Positions 10,416-19,883 of a stretch of DNA of 64,000 nt are shown here, one piece after another. The stretch comes from Obrimoposthia wandeli. Lineage: Eukaryota. The position numbers and the translations under genes are program-made. Numbering within the stretch: the first letter of the stretch is position 1; each line of letters starts with the position of its first letter. The notes below the pieces were generated by a model. It was not told where the DNA came from, ran no database searches, and saw only the letters and a list, made by a program, of their open reading frames with translations. The stretch is from positions 124,001-188,000 of the forward strand of contig CDROCS010000410.1 in NCBI GenBank assembly GCA_977020255.1, given 5' to 3'.

Positions 10416-11105
10416 TTAAGACGATTTAAGCCCTGATCTATCCAGGTCTAAGTCTATCCAAGTATAATGCCCTTCACTGTTTAGCTCTCCGGTTTTAATA
10501 TCAATCGGATCTGAAAATAGCGGACTATCAAATACAAAGGTATGGAATTCACCATTTTCACCGCAAGGATCAATACCTTCAGGTAAACTGGCGATAAACG
10601 CGCTATCAAATACTTTACCGACATAATCAACAGATAAGCGGCGTGGGTCTACGCAAGTGACTATTGCCTGCTGACCACCAGCAATCATATCTTTAGCTAA
10701 TTGGGCGGTATCGAGTTCCCACAACGGGAAGATGGCATTAATACCTGTACCAACAAGGTTATTCACCCGGTAGTTTTTAATATCTGCTAAAAACAAATCG
10801 CCATAAGCAAAATTAACCACGTCACGCTGTTTCGCTTTTGCAACAAACGCATCCATGATTGCTTCATATTCAACATTACTGCACGGATATGGAATTTCGA
10901 TAATATCCAAAGGTAAATTCATTGCTGCAGCCTGACGTTGCAACAATTCAATACGCACAGAATGTACTGCAGTACGTTGATACTGAGCATTCACCGAACA
11001 GAAAATACCGACGATTTCGATTGTTGGATCTTGCGCCAATTGCAAGCAAGTCCAAGAAGCATCTTTGCCCGTGCTCCATGAAATTAATGTTTTTTGCTTT
11101 TCCAT
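10416..11105 (-). CDS. DUF71/COG2102 PP-loop ATP-dependent ligase (diphthine-ammonia-ligase-like)
   Basis: SWSTGKDA PP-loop, GDLF, FPLW, DPCGENGEFHTFV. Confidence 0.9.
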   Translation of the reverse strand: MEKQKTLISWSTGKDASWTCLQLAQDPTIEIVGIFCSVNAQYQRTAVHSVRIELLQRQAAAMNLPLDIIEIPYPCSNVEYEAIMDAFVAKAKQRDVVNFAYGDLFLADIKNYRVNNLVGTGINAIFPLWELDTAQLAKDMIAGGQQAIVTCVDPRRLSVDYVGKVFDSAFIASLPEGIDPCGENGEFHTFVFDSPLFSDPIDIKTGELNSEGHYTWIDLDLDRSGLKSS

Positions 11106-11144
11106 AATTTAATCATCCACAACTAAAAATTAACTAGCTTACGT

Positions 11145-11609
11145 TTATTTATAAGCGCAATGACGACAATCATTACCACAACAACGTGCACGTTTTAAAT
11201 GATACCACTCACTAAAAACATAACGGCCATTTTCAATGGTAAAGTCGATATTCTCAACTAATTCTTTTTGATGACGGTACGGTTCAGCAAGGGCCAAACG
11301 TGCTTTGGGCGATCCCGCTGCATTTAGCTGTTTCAAAATTTCAGCACCAATAACCTTGGCTAGACAAGTTTTACACAAGCAGTCACTCAGCGTATCCAAT
11401 GGCATAACAGCCGGTAAATCTTGACACCAACAACCACCCTGCTCGCTTGCCGCGTCTACGCCGCAACCAAATTCAGCTTGGCATTCAGTACATTGTTTTG
11501 CTGCTGGCGCTGCTGGTTCTATTGCTACTGATTCAGCATTTTCTTCGATGTTTACTATTTGTTCTTCAACAACTGACTTCGTCATACGTTCAATATCCAC
11601 GTTATACAT
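11145..11609 (-). CDS. Cysteine-rich CWC + DUF5522 fusion protein (start 11609 or 11585)
   Basis: CTEC..F.CG...CWC...CLCKTC, then ENGRYVF..YHLKRARCCGNDCRHC; 12 Cys; ATG overlaps the upstream stop. Confidence 0.8.
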   Translation of the reverse strand: MYNVDIERMTKSVVEEQIVNIEENAESVAIEPAAPAAKQCTECQAEFGCGVDAASEQGGCWCQDLPAVMPLDTLSDCLCKTCLAKVIGAEILKQLNAAGSPKARLALAEPYRHQKELVENIDFTIENGRYVFSEWYHLKRARCCGNDCRHCAYK

Positions 11610-12417
11610 TTTCGTTGGCGTTCTGCTGTTGCCATGCTTCGATAATCTCAACAAGTTGGTCTAAACCATCCGTTAAAGCAGCAGGACCCGGTTGTAATAT
11701 ATTTGCCGATTTAACTTCAAATAATTGTTCATTTTTCACGGCACTGATCGCATTCCAGCCATCGCGACTAGCTACTTGCTCGGGTTTAAACTTACGCCCA
11801 CACCAAGAACCAATAATAATGTCTGGGTTTGCATCAATCACGATACTTGGATCAGCAATAATACGGTTTTTCGCTAATGACTCTTTGGCTAAATCAGGGA
11901 AACACTCATCACCACCCGCGATTTCAATCAATTCAGAAACCCATTGAATCCCAGACATGAGTGGATCATTCCACAATTCAAAATAGACTTTTGGGCGTTT
12001 ACTGTATTTCGTTGCGTTAAGCTTAATACGCTCAATTTTGCTTTCAATATCAGCTAACCAAATAGCGGCTTTATCAGTAGCCCCGACTAAACTGGCTAAC
12101 ATCATGATCATGTTAAAGACTTCATCAACAGAGCGTTGATTAAAGATATGGACGGCAATACCTTGCTTGATTAATGCACCAGCGATATCTGCTTGAATAT
12201 CAGAAAAACCAAGCACCAAATCAGGTTTTAAATCGAGGATCTTATCTATCTTGGCCGATGTAAATGCAGATACTTTGGGGTGTGCTTGTCGCGCATGTGG
12301 AGGACGAACAGTAAAGCCTGAAATACCAGCAATACGAGACTCTTCGCCCAGTATATACAGCATTTCTGTGGTTTCTTCTGTTAAACAGACAATCCGTTTT
12401 GGGTAATAGTCCTTCAT
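11602..12417 (-). CDS. BtuF-like cobalamin/siderophore-binding-fold protein without a signal peptide
   Basis: PKRIVCLTEETTE, KILDLKPDLV, PKVYFE.W.DPLM, NPDIII.SWCG, QPGP; no hydrophobic N-terminus even from 12492. Confidence 0.85.
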   Translation of the reverse strand: MKDYYPKRIVCLTEETTEMLYILGEESRIAGISGFTVRPPHARQAHPKVSAFTSAKIDKILDLKPDLVLGFSDIQADIAGALIKQGIAVHIFNQRSVDEVFNMIMMLASLVGATDKAAIWLADIESKIERIKLNATKYSKRPKVYFELWNDPLMSGIQWVSELIEIAGGDECFPDLAKESLAKNRIIADPSIVIDANPDIIIGSWCGRKFKPEQVASRDGWNAISAVKNEQLFEVKSANILQPGPAALTDGLDQLVEIIEAWQQQNANENV

Positions 12418-12480
12418 TTTATTTAATCCGTCACTTGACTCTAATAGCGGCAGTATATCTTGTTTATAACAAAGTGAAAA

Positions 12481-12519
12481 CCCAGTAATCATAGGGTTAT
12501 AGCTACCTTGATTACTGGG
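12481..12519 (-). terminator. Intrinsic terminator between chrA and the btuF-like gene
   Basis: CCCAGTAATC...GATTACTGGG stem followed by TTTT on the minus strand. Confidence 0.7.
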
Positions 12520-12528
12520 TGTTTTACA

Positions 12529-13680
12529 TTACAGACCCATCAGATAACCAAAAGCAATAAAGCTAGCAACCACAGCCATAATCGGTAATTTCAATGTGCG
12601 TAGCGCAAAGAAACCAACAATCACCGCTGCCATATCAATCGGATTAATGATTGCAGAAGTGAATACCGGACTGTAAAGCGCCGACATAAGCAAACCAACA
12701 ACCGCTGCATTAATACCCCACACAGCACCCGCTACTTTAGGTTTAGCCGCTAACGACTCCCAAGCACCATGGAAACCTAATACCAGTAAGAAACCCGGTA
12801 AGAAGATAGCAACAGTGGCAATTAATGCACCCATTAATGGTGAGTTCACTAATAAATCAGCACCTAAGAATGCAGACAGTGAGAACATTGGACCCGGTAC
12901 AGCTTGCGCCGCCGCATAACCCATTAAGAAACGGTCAGTATCAATCGCATCACCTAAAGCTTGTTGCAACATAGGTAATACCACATGACCGCCACCAAAC
13001 ACTAAACTACCCGACTGGAAGAAATCAGCAAAGATAGTTAACCAGGCTGGTGAGTTAGTTAATAACGGTAGACCTGCAAACAACACGGCAAAAATAGCCA
13101 GCGGTAAGTAATTAACGCCACCTTTTACAGTTGCTACAGCCGTTGTTTCAGCTGGTTTCTTAAGTTGCATACCCACAATTGCAGCAGCAACCAGTACCAT
13201 CATTTGAGTTAATAAACTCGGCACAAGTAATAGAACAGCCGCAGTCACAACACAAATGGTGACAGTCGTACGTTCTTTACAAAAACCTTTGTACATATTC
13301 AGCGTTGCATCTGCTACAACGACAACCGCTAACAATTTCAGTCCATGGGTAATACTCACTAACCATGCTGCATCTTGTGTTGCGTCTGTTGTTGCTAAGA
13401 TATAGAGCAATAATACCGACGGGAATGTGAACGCGATAAAGGCAGTGAAACCACCGATAACACCCGCACGACGTAAACCGATTGCAAAACCGATCTGACT
13501 TGAACCTGGACCAGGTAAAAACTGGCTTAATGAAATTAACCTTGCATAGCTTTCGCTATCTATCCACTTTAGTTTTTGAACGAATGTTTTCTCGAAATAA
13601 CCGATATGTGCAGCCGGGCCACCAAAACTGATCCACCCCAATGTAAAAAACTGCCAAAATACTTCTAAAACTTGCTTCAT
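12529..13680 (-). CDS. chrA: Chromate efflux transporter (long-chain CHR)
   Basis: Duplicated FGG motifs (SFGGPAAHIG, VFGGGHVVLP), PGP motifs; likely start MKQVLEVF. Confidence 0.92.
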   Translation of the reverse strand: MKQVLEVFWQFFTLGWISFGGPAAHIGYFEKTFVQKLKWIDSESYARLISLSQFLPGPGSSQIGFAIGLRRAGVIGGFTAFIAFTFPSVLLLYILATTDATQDAAWLVSITHGLKLLAVVVVADATLNMYKGFCKERTTVTICVVTAAVLLLVPSLLTQMMVLVAAAIVGMQLKKPAETTAVATVKGGVNYLPLAIFAVLFAGLPLLTNSPAWLTIFADFFQSGSLVFGGGHVVLPMLQQALGDAIDTDRFLMGYAAAQAVPGPMFSLSAFLGADLLVNSPLMGALIATVAIFLPGFLLVLGFHGAWESLAAKPKVAGAVWGINAAVVGLLMSALYSPVFTSAIINPIDMAAVIVGFFALRTLKLPIMAVVASFIAFGYLMGL

Positions 13681-14135
13681 TACTTTGCCTTTTGTAGCTG
13701 TTATGCGATACCAATTTCGCGTCACTATTGTATTTCAGTTTTGTGACAGTTATATGACAAAGGCTAAGGTTAGCAGCAAGTTATATCGTAAAAACCACTT
13801 ATCTTGGTCTCTTTTAAAACAAGTAACTTAATAGTGAGATAATTAACGTTATATCAAGAGCCTGAAACAGATCAATATACCAAAACGGTTATGATCATAT
13901 CGACTCGCTGTATACATGATACAAATGTTAACCAAAAGATCTTATGTGACGCAATGTCGTGAATTGTAAACAAATGAAAACATCCTTTCAATCCAGAACA
14001 ATATAACAAAGAATACCTCAAAAGTGGCAAGTGCAATTATGGGTTAATCATAGCAGCCTACTTAACAATACCAATATATAGCACTTCGTTAACGCCGAAG
14101 CGTTAATTTTCTACATTCAAAAATCGGGATTATCA

Positions 14136-16604
14136 ATGAGAAATAAGAAAATTCTAGCGATTACAATAGCAAGCGTGCTTGGGTTAACAGCCTGCGGAAA
14201 TGATAAAAAAGATCTAAGTAATAATACCGATGACATCATTAAAGATTCTCTTAATCGTCAATCAAGTATCGCGTTTGATTTAATATCTTCAGAAAAAATG
14301 GTATCGAGGCCCACTTACTTATTGATGGATAGCTCAGATGGTACGTTAAACATTCCCCTTAACGTTGACGATGATCCTACCGACCGAAATAACCCCGCGG
14401 TAGCGATGGGCGATACCGATGGCTGGAGTCCAACACAACCTTTCGTCATTGAACTTAGTTTACCGACTGACGTTACCCTAACAACAGATACTGCGTTATT
14501 AGAGTCTGCCATTAAGATTGTTCGGGTCAAAGTATCAAACACCAAAGTATTTAGCATCGAAGATCCATCTGTAGATGTGTTAATAGCTGGTGTCGATTAT
14601 AGCGTAATGTCAGACGGCACATCATTAACGGTATTACCGCTTAACGGCAGTCTGGAACATGGCAGTGACTATATCTATGCCATAACAGATACACTCGTCG
14701 ATAGCTCTGGTGACCAACTCGGCATGTCAAACAACTATGCGTCATTGAAAAATACCCAGGTAGCTCAAACTGGTAACGTTTTTGAAATACCACAGAAAGT
14801 AGTCTGGCAGGTCGAAGGCTTGATGCATAGTTACGGTATCGCCAATTATGAAAACATTATTTATTCAAGTTGGTTTACGACATCTTCTGCTGGTGAAGCG
14901 CTTTATTTTACAAAATTAGCTACAGCCTTAACCCTGCAATCAATAAATAATGAAGCAACTGCAAATAAGATATGGCCTTTAGAAGATGATTCACTTCTGC
15001 CTAACAGTGCGAATCCAAATAATTTAGATTTAACAGGCTTATATAACCCTATGACATCAGAGCTAACGTCGGAAACCCCTGCGTCAGCCATGCTAAAATC
15101 AACCGGCGTTAAGGTTCACAAAGGTAAAATTAAGCTTCCTTCATTTCTAGAACGTGATCTAGCCGATGACAAATGGAAGAATACACCATGGCAAAGTGCG
15201 ATGCCAAGTTTGGCTATCATTACTCACGTATTAAATTCGGGCTCTGACGCCGAAAAATTAGAACTCGGCAGACAGTTAGATGCAGCAGGGATTGACCCTG
15301 AAAATATTTCGAAGCAGGCGGAGCAACTAAAGCTTGTAGGTAAATCGTTCACGCTTAATGGCAAGCCACTTGATAGCGAGCGTTTAATAACTAAATACAG
15401 TCCCCTGCCACAAGTGAAATCCATTGAAGATGTTAATTTCTTATTAATCACCCCAGAATTTGATAACGCTGGAATCGAAGTTACGGCTGAAAATCCAGTT
15501 CCTGTGGTTATTTATCAACACGGTATTACTTCTGTTAAAGAAAATATCCTAGCCTCTGTCGAAGCGCTTACTAAGGGCTATGCAATACTGGCTATTGATT
15601 TACCACTACATGGTGAACGTGCGCTTGAAGATGGTACTGTAACAACCTCTGCTACTGCAGACGTATTCCTGAACTTTGAATATCTACCTGTTGGCCGTGA
15701 TAACATGCGCCAAGCTGTTGCTGACCTGCTCGGTTTACGTGCTGGTATCGCGATGATCGGGTCGGCACAGGAAGCCAACTCTCCGAGCATAGAAGATACT
15801 GCATTTGCTCTTCTTGATACAACACAGGTTAGTTTCTTCGGCCATTCACTTGGGGCAATGACAGGCATTAGCTTACAAGCAACAATTGATCGCCCTATCT
15901 TAGGCCATGATATATTAAGTAATGATATATTAAGTAATAATAGCTTCGCCATTGATAAAGCAGTATTTGCCAATCCAGGCGGCAGTATTCCATATTTATT
16001 GCTGAATTCGGTAGTCTTTGGTGGGACGCTTAAACATAGCTTAATGATGGGAGCAAGTGCTGATTACCAAGCTTTTGCAGGGAAATCATGTCGTATTATA
16101 GAAATGGGGTGTTTCAACAAATTCTACAAAATCGCAGCCGCTACGCCTGAAGATAAAACGGCAATCGACGCTACATTCCAAGACTTTGCTGTTGCAGCTC
16201 AAACGGTGCTTGAAACCGTTGATCCATTCTCACTTGCACGAAATATCGATGCTTCGACACCCATTTACCTCGCTCAAGTTAAAGACGATATGGTCATCCC
16301 CAATATTGTAACGACTAACACAGGGACGAATACAGATAATAAAAATGCGGCGCCGTTTTCACCTATTGCCGGTACTACACCACTAATAAAACAACTTGGT
16401 CTGGAAAATATTGGCACCGACAATACTACAATCAAGAAAGTTGCGTTAATCAACGCCGGTGAACATAGCTCTGCAATTGAATACAACAGGACAGCGCCAG
16501 GTGCAGATAAAATCGCAACCGCTGAATTACAAAGCCAAATATCAAGCTTCTTAGCTGGTGACGGTAGAACAGTAACAATTGAAGAAGAGGACCTACTTGA
16601 TTAA
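14136..16604 (+). CDS. VolA/Pla-1 family lipoprotein (phospho)lipase
   Basis: Lipobox LTAC, DGWS, YQHGITS, IDLPLHGER, GRDNMRQ, nucleophile GHSLG. Confidence 0.88.
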   Translation: MRNKKILAITIASVLGLTACGNDKKDLSNNTDDIIKDSLNRQSSIAFDLISSEKMVSRPTYLLMDSSDGTLNIPLNVDDDPTDRNNPAVAMGDTDGWSPTQPFVIELSLPTDVTLTTDTALLESAIKIVRVKVSNTKVFSIEDPSVDVLIAGVDYSVMSDGTSLTVLPLNGSLEHGSDYIYAITDTLVDSSGDQLGMSNNYASLKNTQVAQTGNVFEIPQKVVWQVEGLMHSYGIANYENIIYSSWFTTSSAGEALYFTKLATALTLQSINNEATANKIWPLEDDSLLPNSANPNNLDLTGLYNPMTSELTSETPASAMLKSTGVKVHKGKIKLPSFLERDLADDKWKNTPWQSAMPSLAIITHVLNSGSDAEKLELGRQLDAAGIDPENISKQAEQLKLVGKSFTLNGKPLDSERLITKYSPLPQVKSIEDVNFLLITPEFDNAGIEVTAENPVPVVIYQHGITSVKENILASVEALTKGYAILAIDLPLHGERALEDGTVTTSATADVFLNFEYLPVGRDNMRQAVADLLGLRAGIAMIGSAQEANSPSIEDTAFALLDTTQVSFFGHSLGAMTGISLQATIDRPILGHDILSNDILSNNSFAIDKAVFANPGGSIPYLLLNSVVFGGTLKHSLMMGASADYQAFAGKSCRIIEMGCFNKFYKIAAATPEDKTAIDATFQDFAVAAQTVLETVDPFSLARNIDASTPIYLAQVKDDMVIPNIVTTNTGTNTDNKNAAPFSPIAGTTPLIKQLGLENIGTDNTTIKKVALINAGEHSSAIEYNRTAPGADKIATAELQSQISSFLAGDGRTVTIEEEDLLD

Positions 16605-16640
16605 CCCAATAATCAAGCCATAAAATGAGTGCTTACTCAT

Positions 16641-16676
16641 AACAAGCCAAGGTTTAGCAATAAACCTTGGCTTGTT
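16641..16676. terminator. Bidirectional terminator
   Basis: AACAAGCCAAGGTT...AACCTTGGCTTGTT inverted repeat between convergent genes. Confidence 0.8.
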
Positions 16677-16753
16677 AGATCGTCAGACCAATTTAATGAC
16701 TTACACGGTAAATATACCACTGCGGATACTGCAGTATAATGAATAAAAAATAC

Positions 16754-17200
16754 TTAGCTTGGTATATAAGTGCTTTCATCAGGATGAGGTTCATAACTTA
16801 GCGCCATTCTCGCCACTATATCGGCAGGTACATTATGCGTGCTAGTGAATTGTCCACGGCAATGAATGATATGAGATTCAACATTGTAACCAGCGGCAAT
16901 GTCTAATAAAGCTGTTAACTCCCACAATTTAATCGTGGTGTTACTGACAATCACTGACTTTCCCTCGCTTAACGCGTTGCGCATATTAAGCTGGCAGAAC
17001 TCGTGAGCAAGTTTAATTTTACGCCCATCATAACAATACAGACCTTGCTTATTAATAAAATAATGATCGGCTTCGCAGTGCACAGCATTAGGCATAGCTT
17101 GCAGATAGTGTTGCGCGAGAGTCGATTTACCCGAACCTGGGATACCGCGGATAATAAGTAAACAAGGAGACGTTGTGATTAATGGTGATGATGTGGGCAT
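16754..17200 (-). CDS. P-loop protein of the AAA_33 / polynucleotide-kinase-like (N4BP2-like) family
   Basis: RGIPGSGKST Walker A, EADHYF, VIVSNT, HNVP. Confidence 0.8.
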   Translation of the reverse strand: MPTSSPLITTSPCLLIIRGIPGSGKSTLAQHYLQAMPNAVHCEADHYFINKQGLYCYDGRKIKLAHEFCQLNMRNALSEGKSVIVSNTTIKLWELTALLDIAAGYNVESHIIHCRGQFTSTHNVPADIVARMALSYEPHPDESTYIPS

Positions 17201-17223
17201 AAGAGACTGCTATAACAACTAGA

Positions 17224-17259
17224 AAAGTATGAAGCTTTAAGTATAAGGCTTCATACTTT
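17224..17259. other. Perfect 12-bp inverted repeat in a divergent intergenic region
   Basis: AAAGTATGAAGC-N12-GCTTCATACTTT, 24 nt upstream of the ATG at 17200. Confidence 0.8.
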
Positions 17260-17446
17260 GCATGCAATAGAATTAGTACTTAACGAGTAAATACGCCAAT
17301 TTAGTGATAAAGCTTAATTTTTTGTTTAATTTTTTACTTAAATCTCTCGGAACTATTCCAATCCTTTGATATCCAATACATAATAAATTAAATAAACTAT
17401 TTTTATTTTAAATTAATAAAATTCACTCCAACAAATAAGTGACACC

Positions 17447-18346
17447 ATGAACATTAAATTAATATCAGGCGTTGTAATCGTCGGTCTTGCAGCTAGCTAT
17501 GCTGGCGGTAAGTTTTACATGACAGACCAAGTAGCAACTCAAATAGATGCCAAGATCCTCGAAATCCAGCCAATGCTTGATGTTAAATATGGCGATATAA
17601 GTGTTGAACCTATCACCCAAAAAATTCAATTACGAGATGTTGTACTTAGCCCTACAGATGGCAGTGAAAGTCCGATAACAATCAATGAAATTACAGTGAA
17701 TAACTTTGATACTTCATCTGATTTCCCTGCTGCGCTAGACCTTGCCTTAAGCGGTATTTCGATCAGTATTGATGATATAGAGCCTGAAACGGCAATGCAG
17801 CTACAAGAGCTTGGCTACGAAGATAATATGCTCATCAACTTAGCGACTAAATATACTTACGTTGATAACGTGATGGATTGGCAGTTTAATCTTAGCGCGC
17901 AAGACATGGGCCAGATGGCATACTCATTAAACATCGCTAATTTTGAGTTTGATCCGCAACAGCCAGTATCACTACTATTTGCTTACCCTAATTTCCAACT
18001 TAATGCGGCTGAATTTACCTATACAGATAAATCATTTGTTGAACGTTTATTTAAGCAAGAAGCCCTATCGACAGGAACGACTGTTGAAGAGTTAAAGCAG
18101 CACATGTCAGATAAGATTAACGCGTTACTTGCTGCTGATATAGAAAATAAAGATAAGAAATTAAGTGAAGAGCAAATCAAGCTAGCGACCAGTGCTACTG
18201 AGGCGTTTATTAAGTTTATTAATGACCCGCAAAGCATCACGATTTCTGTTAATCCAGAACAAGCGGTAACATTAGGTGAGATCACGCAAACACAAAATGA
18301 TCCAGCTAAATTAATCTCGCTACTGAACATGGGCTTTAAAGCTTAG
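17447..18346 (+). CDS. Membrane-anchored exported hypothetical protein (YdgA/DUF945-like beta-rich)
   Basis: N-terminal hydrophobic anchor, amphipathic beta-strand pattern. Confidence 0.6.
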   Translation: MNIKLISGVVIVGLAASYAGGKFYMTDQVATQIDAKILEIQPMLDVKYGDISVEPITQKIQLRDVVLSPTDGSESPITINEITVNNFDTSSDFPAALDLALSGISISIDDIEPETAMQLQELGYEDNMLINLATKYTYVDNVMDWQFNLSAQDMGQMAYSLNIANFEFDPQQPVSLLFAYPNFQLNAAEFTYTDKSFVERLFKQEALSTGTTVEELKQHMSDKINALLAADIENKDKKLSEEQIKLATSATEAFIKFINDPQSITISVNPEQAVTLGEITQTQNDPAKLISLLNMGFKA

Positions 18347-18374
18347 TATTTAAAGTCTTGGATTTAGTGGTTTT

Positions 18375-18404
18375 ATGTCAGCTAGTATAACAGCTAGCTG
18401 ACAT
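18375..18404. terminator. Hairpin between convergent genes
   Basis: ATGTCAGCTAG-N8-CTAGCTGACAT. Confidence 0.65.
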
Positions 18405-18427
18405 CTCGATTGATACAAACTCTCTAT

Positions 18428-19312
18428 TTACACGTTGATAGTACAGATAGAGTCGGCTTCAAAATCAAAATCTTCTTTTACCAAGTCATTCGCACACAGT
18501 TGCTCTCTCACTTGACTCAAACCATTACGAATGATTTGTCGGACTCGCTCGCGCGAAATATCCATCAATTGGGCAATGGCTTCTAAGCTCATTGGATCTT
18601 GGCCTTTAAAGCCGAAACGTAACCTAATGATGTTTTGACTGCGTACGGGTAAGTATTCTAATAACGCATCCATGTATTCGTAATAATCACATTTTTCATA
18701 ACGAATATCCGGCTGACAATTAACCTCTGCGGCAACCAAATCTTTTAAACTCGCTAATAGGTTATCACCACTGACGATCTCTTTATCCAAAGAGCCTTCA
18801 TTGAAATAATGACCTAATATATTCAATACTTTACGCGGGGATATTTTCAATTCTTGCGAGATCTTGGTAATACCTTCATTGGTATCGAGATCGAGGCCGA
18901 GTTCAGAAGAAGCTTTCAGTATCTGTTTATAAACACGGGTAACATGAATCGGGATGCGGATGGTTCGAGAATGGTTCATGATGTACTGCTCGATGTTATT
19001 CCTTATCCACCAAACCGCATAGGTTGAAAATCGGCAACCCCTTTCAGGATCGAATTTATCAACAGCATGCATTAAACCCGTATTACCTTCTTGAATGATT
19101 TCATCCCATCCAAGCGAGTAATTTTGGTATTTTTTTGCCACCATAAGTACCAATCTGAGGTTAGATTGGATCATCATATCTCGCGCAGCCTTATCTCCCT
19201 TTGCTGCCGCAATCGCTGTGTCGTATTCTTCTTGTTTAGACAGTAACTGACTAAACCGCTGTAGTTCATCAAAATACACGTCAAGTGCGCTGCTAGTTAT
19301 GTTACTCATCAA
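18428..19312 (-). CDS. Group-2 sigma70 factor, RpoS-like paralogue (RpoQ-like)
   Basis: NLRLV, IQEGNTGL, FDPERGCRFSTYAVWWIR, RTIRIP, region 4.2 SRERVRQI; no nlpD upstream. Confidence 0.88.
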   Translation of the reverse strand: MMSNITSSALDVYFDELQRFSQLLSKQEEYDTAIAAAKGDKAARDMMIQSNLRLVLMVAKKYQNYSLGWDEIIQEGNTGLMHAVDKFDPERGCRFSTYAVWWIRNNIEQYIMNHSRTIRIPIHVTRVYKQILKASSELGLDLDTNEGITKISQELKISPRKVLNILGHYFNEGSLDKEIVSGDNLLASLKDLVAAEVNCQPDIRYEKCDYYEYMDALLEYLPVRSQNIIRLRFGFKGQDPMSLEAIAQLMDISRERVRQIIRNGLSQVREQLCANDLVKEDFDFEADSICTINV

Positions 19313-19481
19313 TCATCCCTGTTTATGATATAACATTATAGTAACACGGTATGTGACAGCTTGTTTTGTTTTATTGTGGTGAATATCACTAAATAAAAAC
19401 AAAGTGTTAATCAATAATATAATTATTCAGCACAAGGAATAACAACAATGGTTACAAGCAGTCAGACACCATTTATCTACA

Positions 19482-19877
19482 TTAGCTACAACTTAATGGG
19501 CGGTTATTCATCTCGGTAAGCCGAGCAAGCTCGTCCTTAATCTTCTCAAGATTATTCTCTAGGCTAAGCGTTAACACTTGATGTGCCCACTCAGGAAGTT
19601 CAGGATTGATTTTATAATGTATCCACTGACCTTTTCGTCTGTCGATTACAATTTTTTGTTGGCGAAGCAAAGCTAAATGACGTGACACTTTCGGTTGGCT
19701 TTGATCTAGTGCGTGTGTTAACTCACACACGCACAGCTCATGCTCGTGGTGTATTAATAATAAACTCTTAAGTCTAGTATCATCTGCTAAGCACTTATAA
19801 AATTGACTTAATTCCATAAATTCGTTCATGTTAGGTTCATATGTCGCCACTGTATATAAACCTTGATTAACTGTCAA
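19482..19877 (-). CDS. arsR: ArsR family repressor (true start probably 19817-19829)
   Basis: LADDTRL, ELCVCEL metalloid-binding motif, QPKVSRHLALLR. Confidence 0.85.
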   Translation of the reverse strand: MTVNQGLYTVATYEPNMNEFMELSQFYKCLADDTRLKSLLLIHHEHELCVCELTHALDQSQPKVSRHLALLRQQKIVIDRRKGQWIHYKINPELPEWAHQVLTLSLENNLEKIKDELARLTEMNNRPLSCS

Positions 19878-19883
19878 ACGGTT

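Noticed and set aside
11447-11947. 166-aa plus-strand ORF, and other antisense ORFs in the track (e.g. 2088, 4795, 5174, 15578, 31587, 31621, 39876, 43002, 47397)
   Set aside because: Shadows of well-supported genes on the opposite strand; no recognisable motifs or RBS.
13908-13925. LexA-box-like CTGTATACATGATACAA upstream of chrA/lipase
   Set aside because: Spacing and right half do not fit CTGT-N8-ACAG.
16676-16695. FadR-like site (AGATCGTCAGACCAATT)
   Set aside because: About 12/16 match, and it lies between convergent gene ends where an operator makes no sense.
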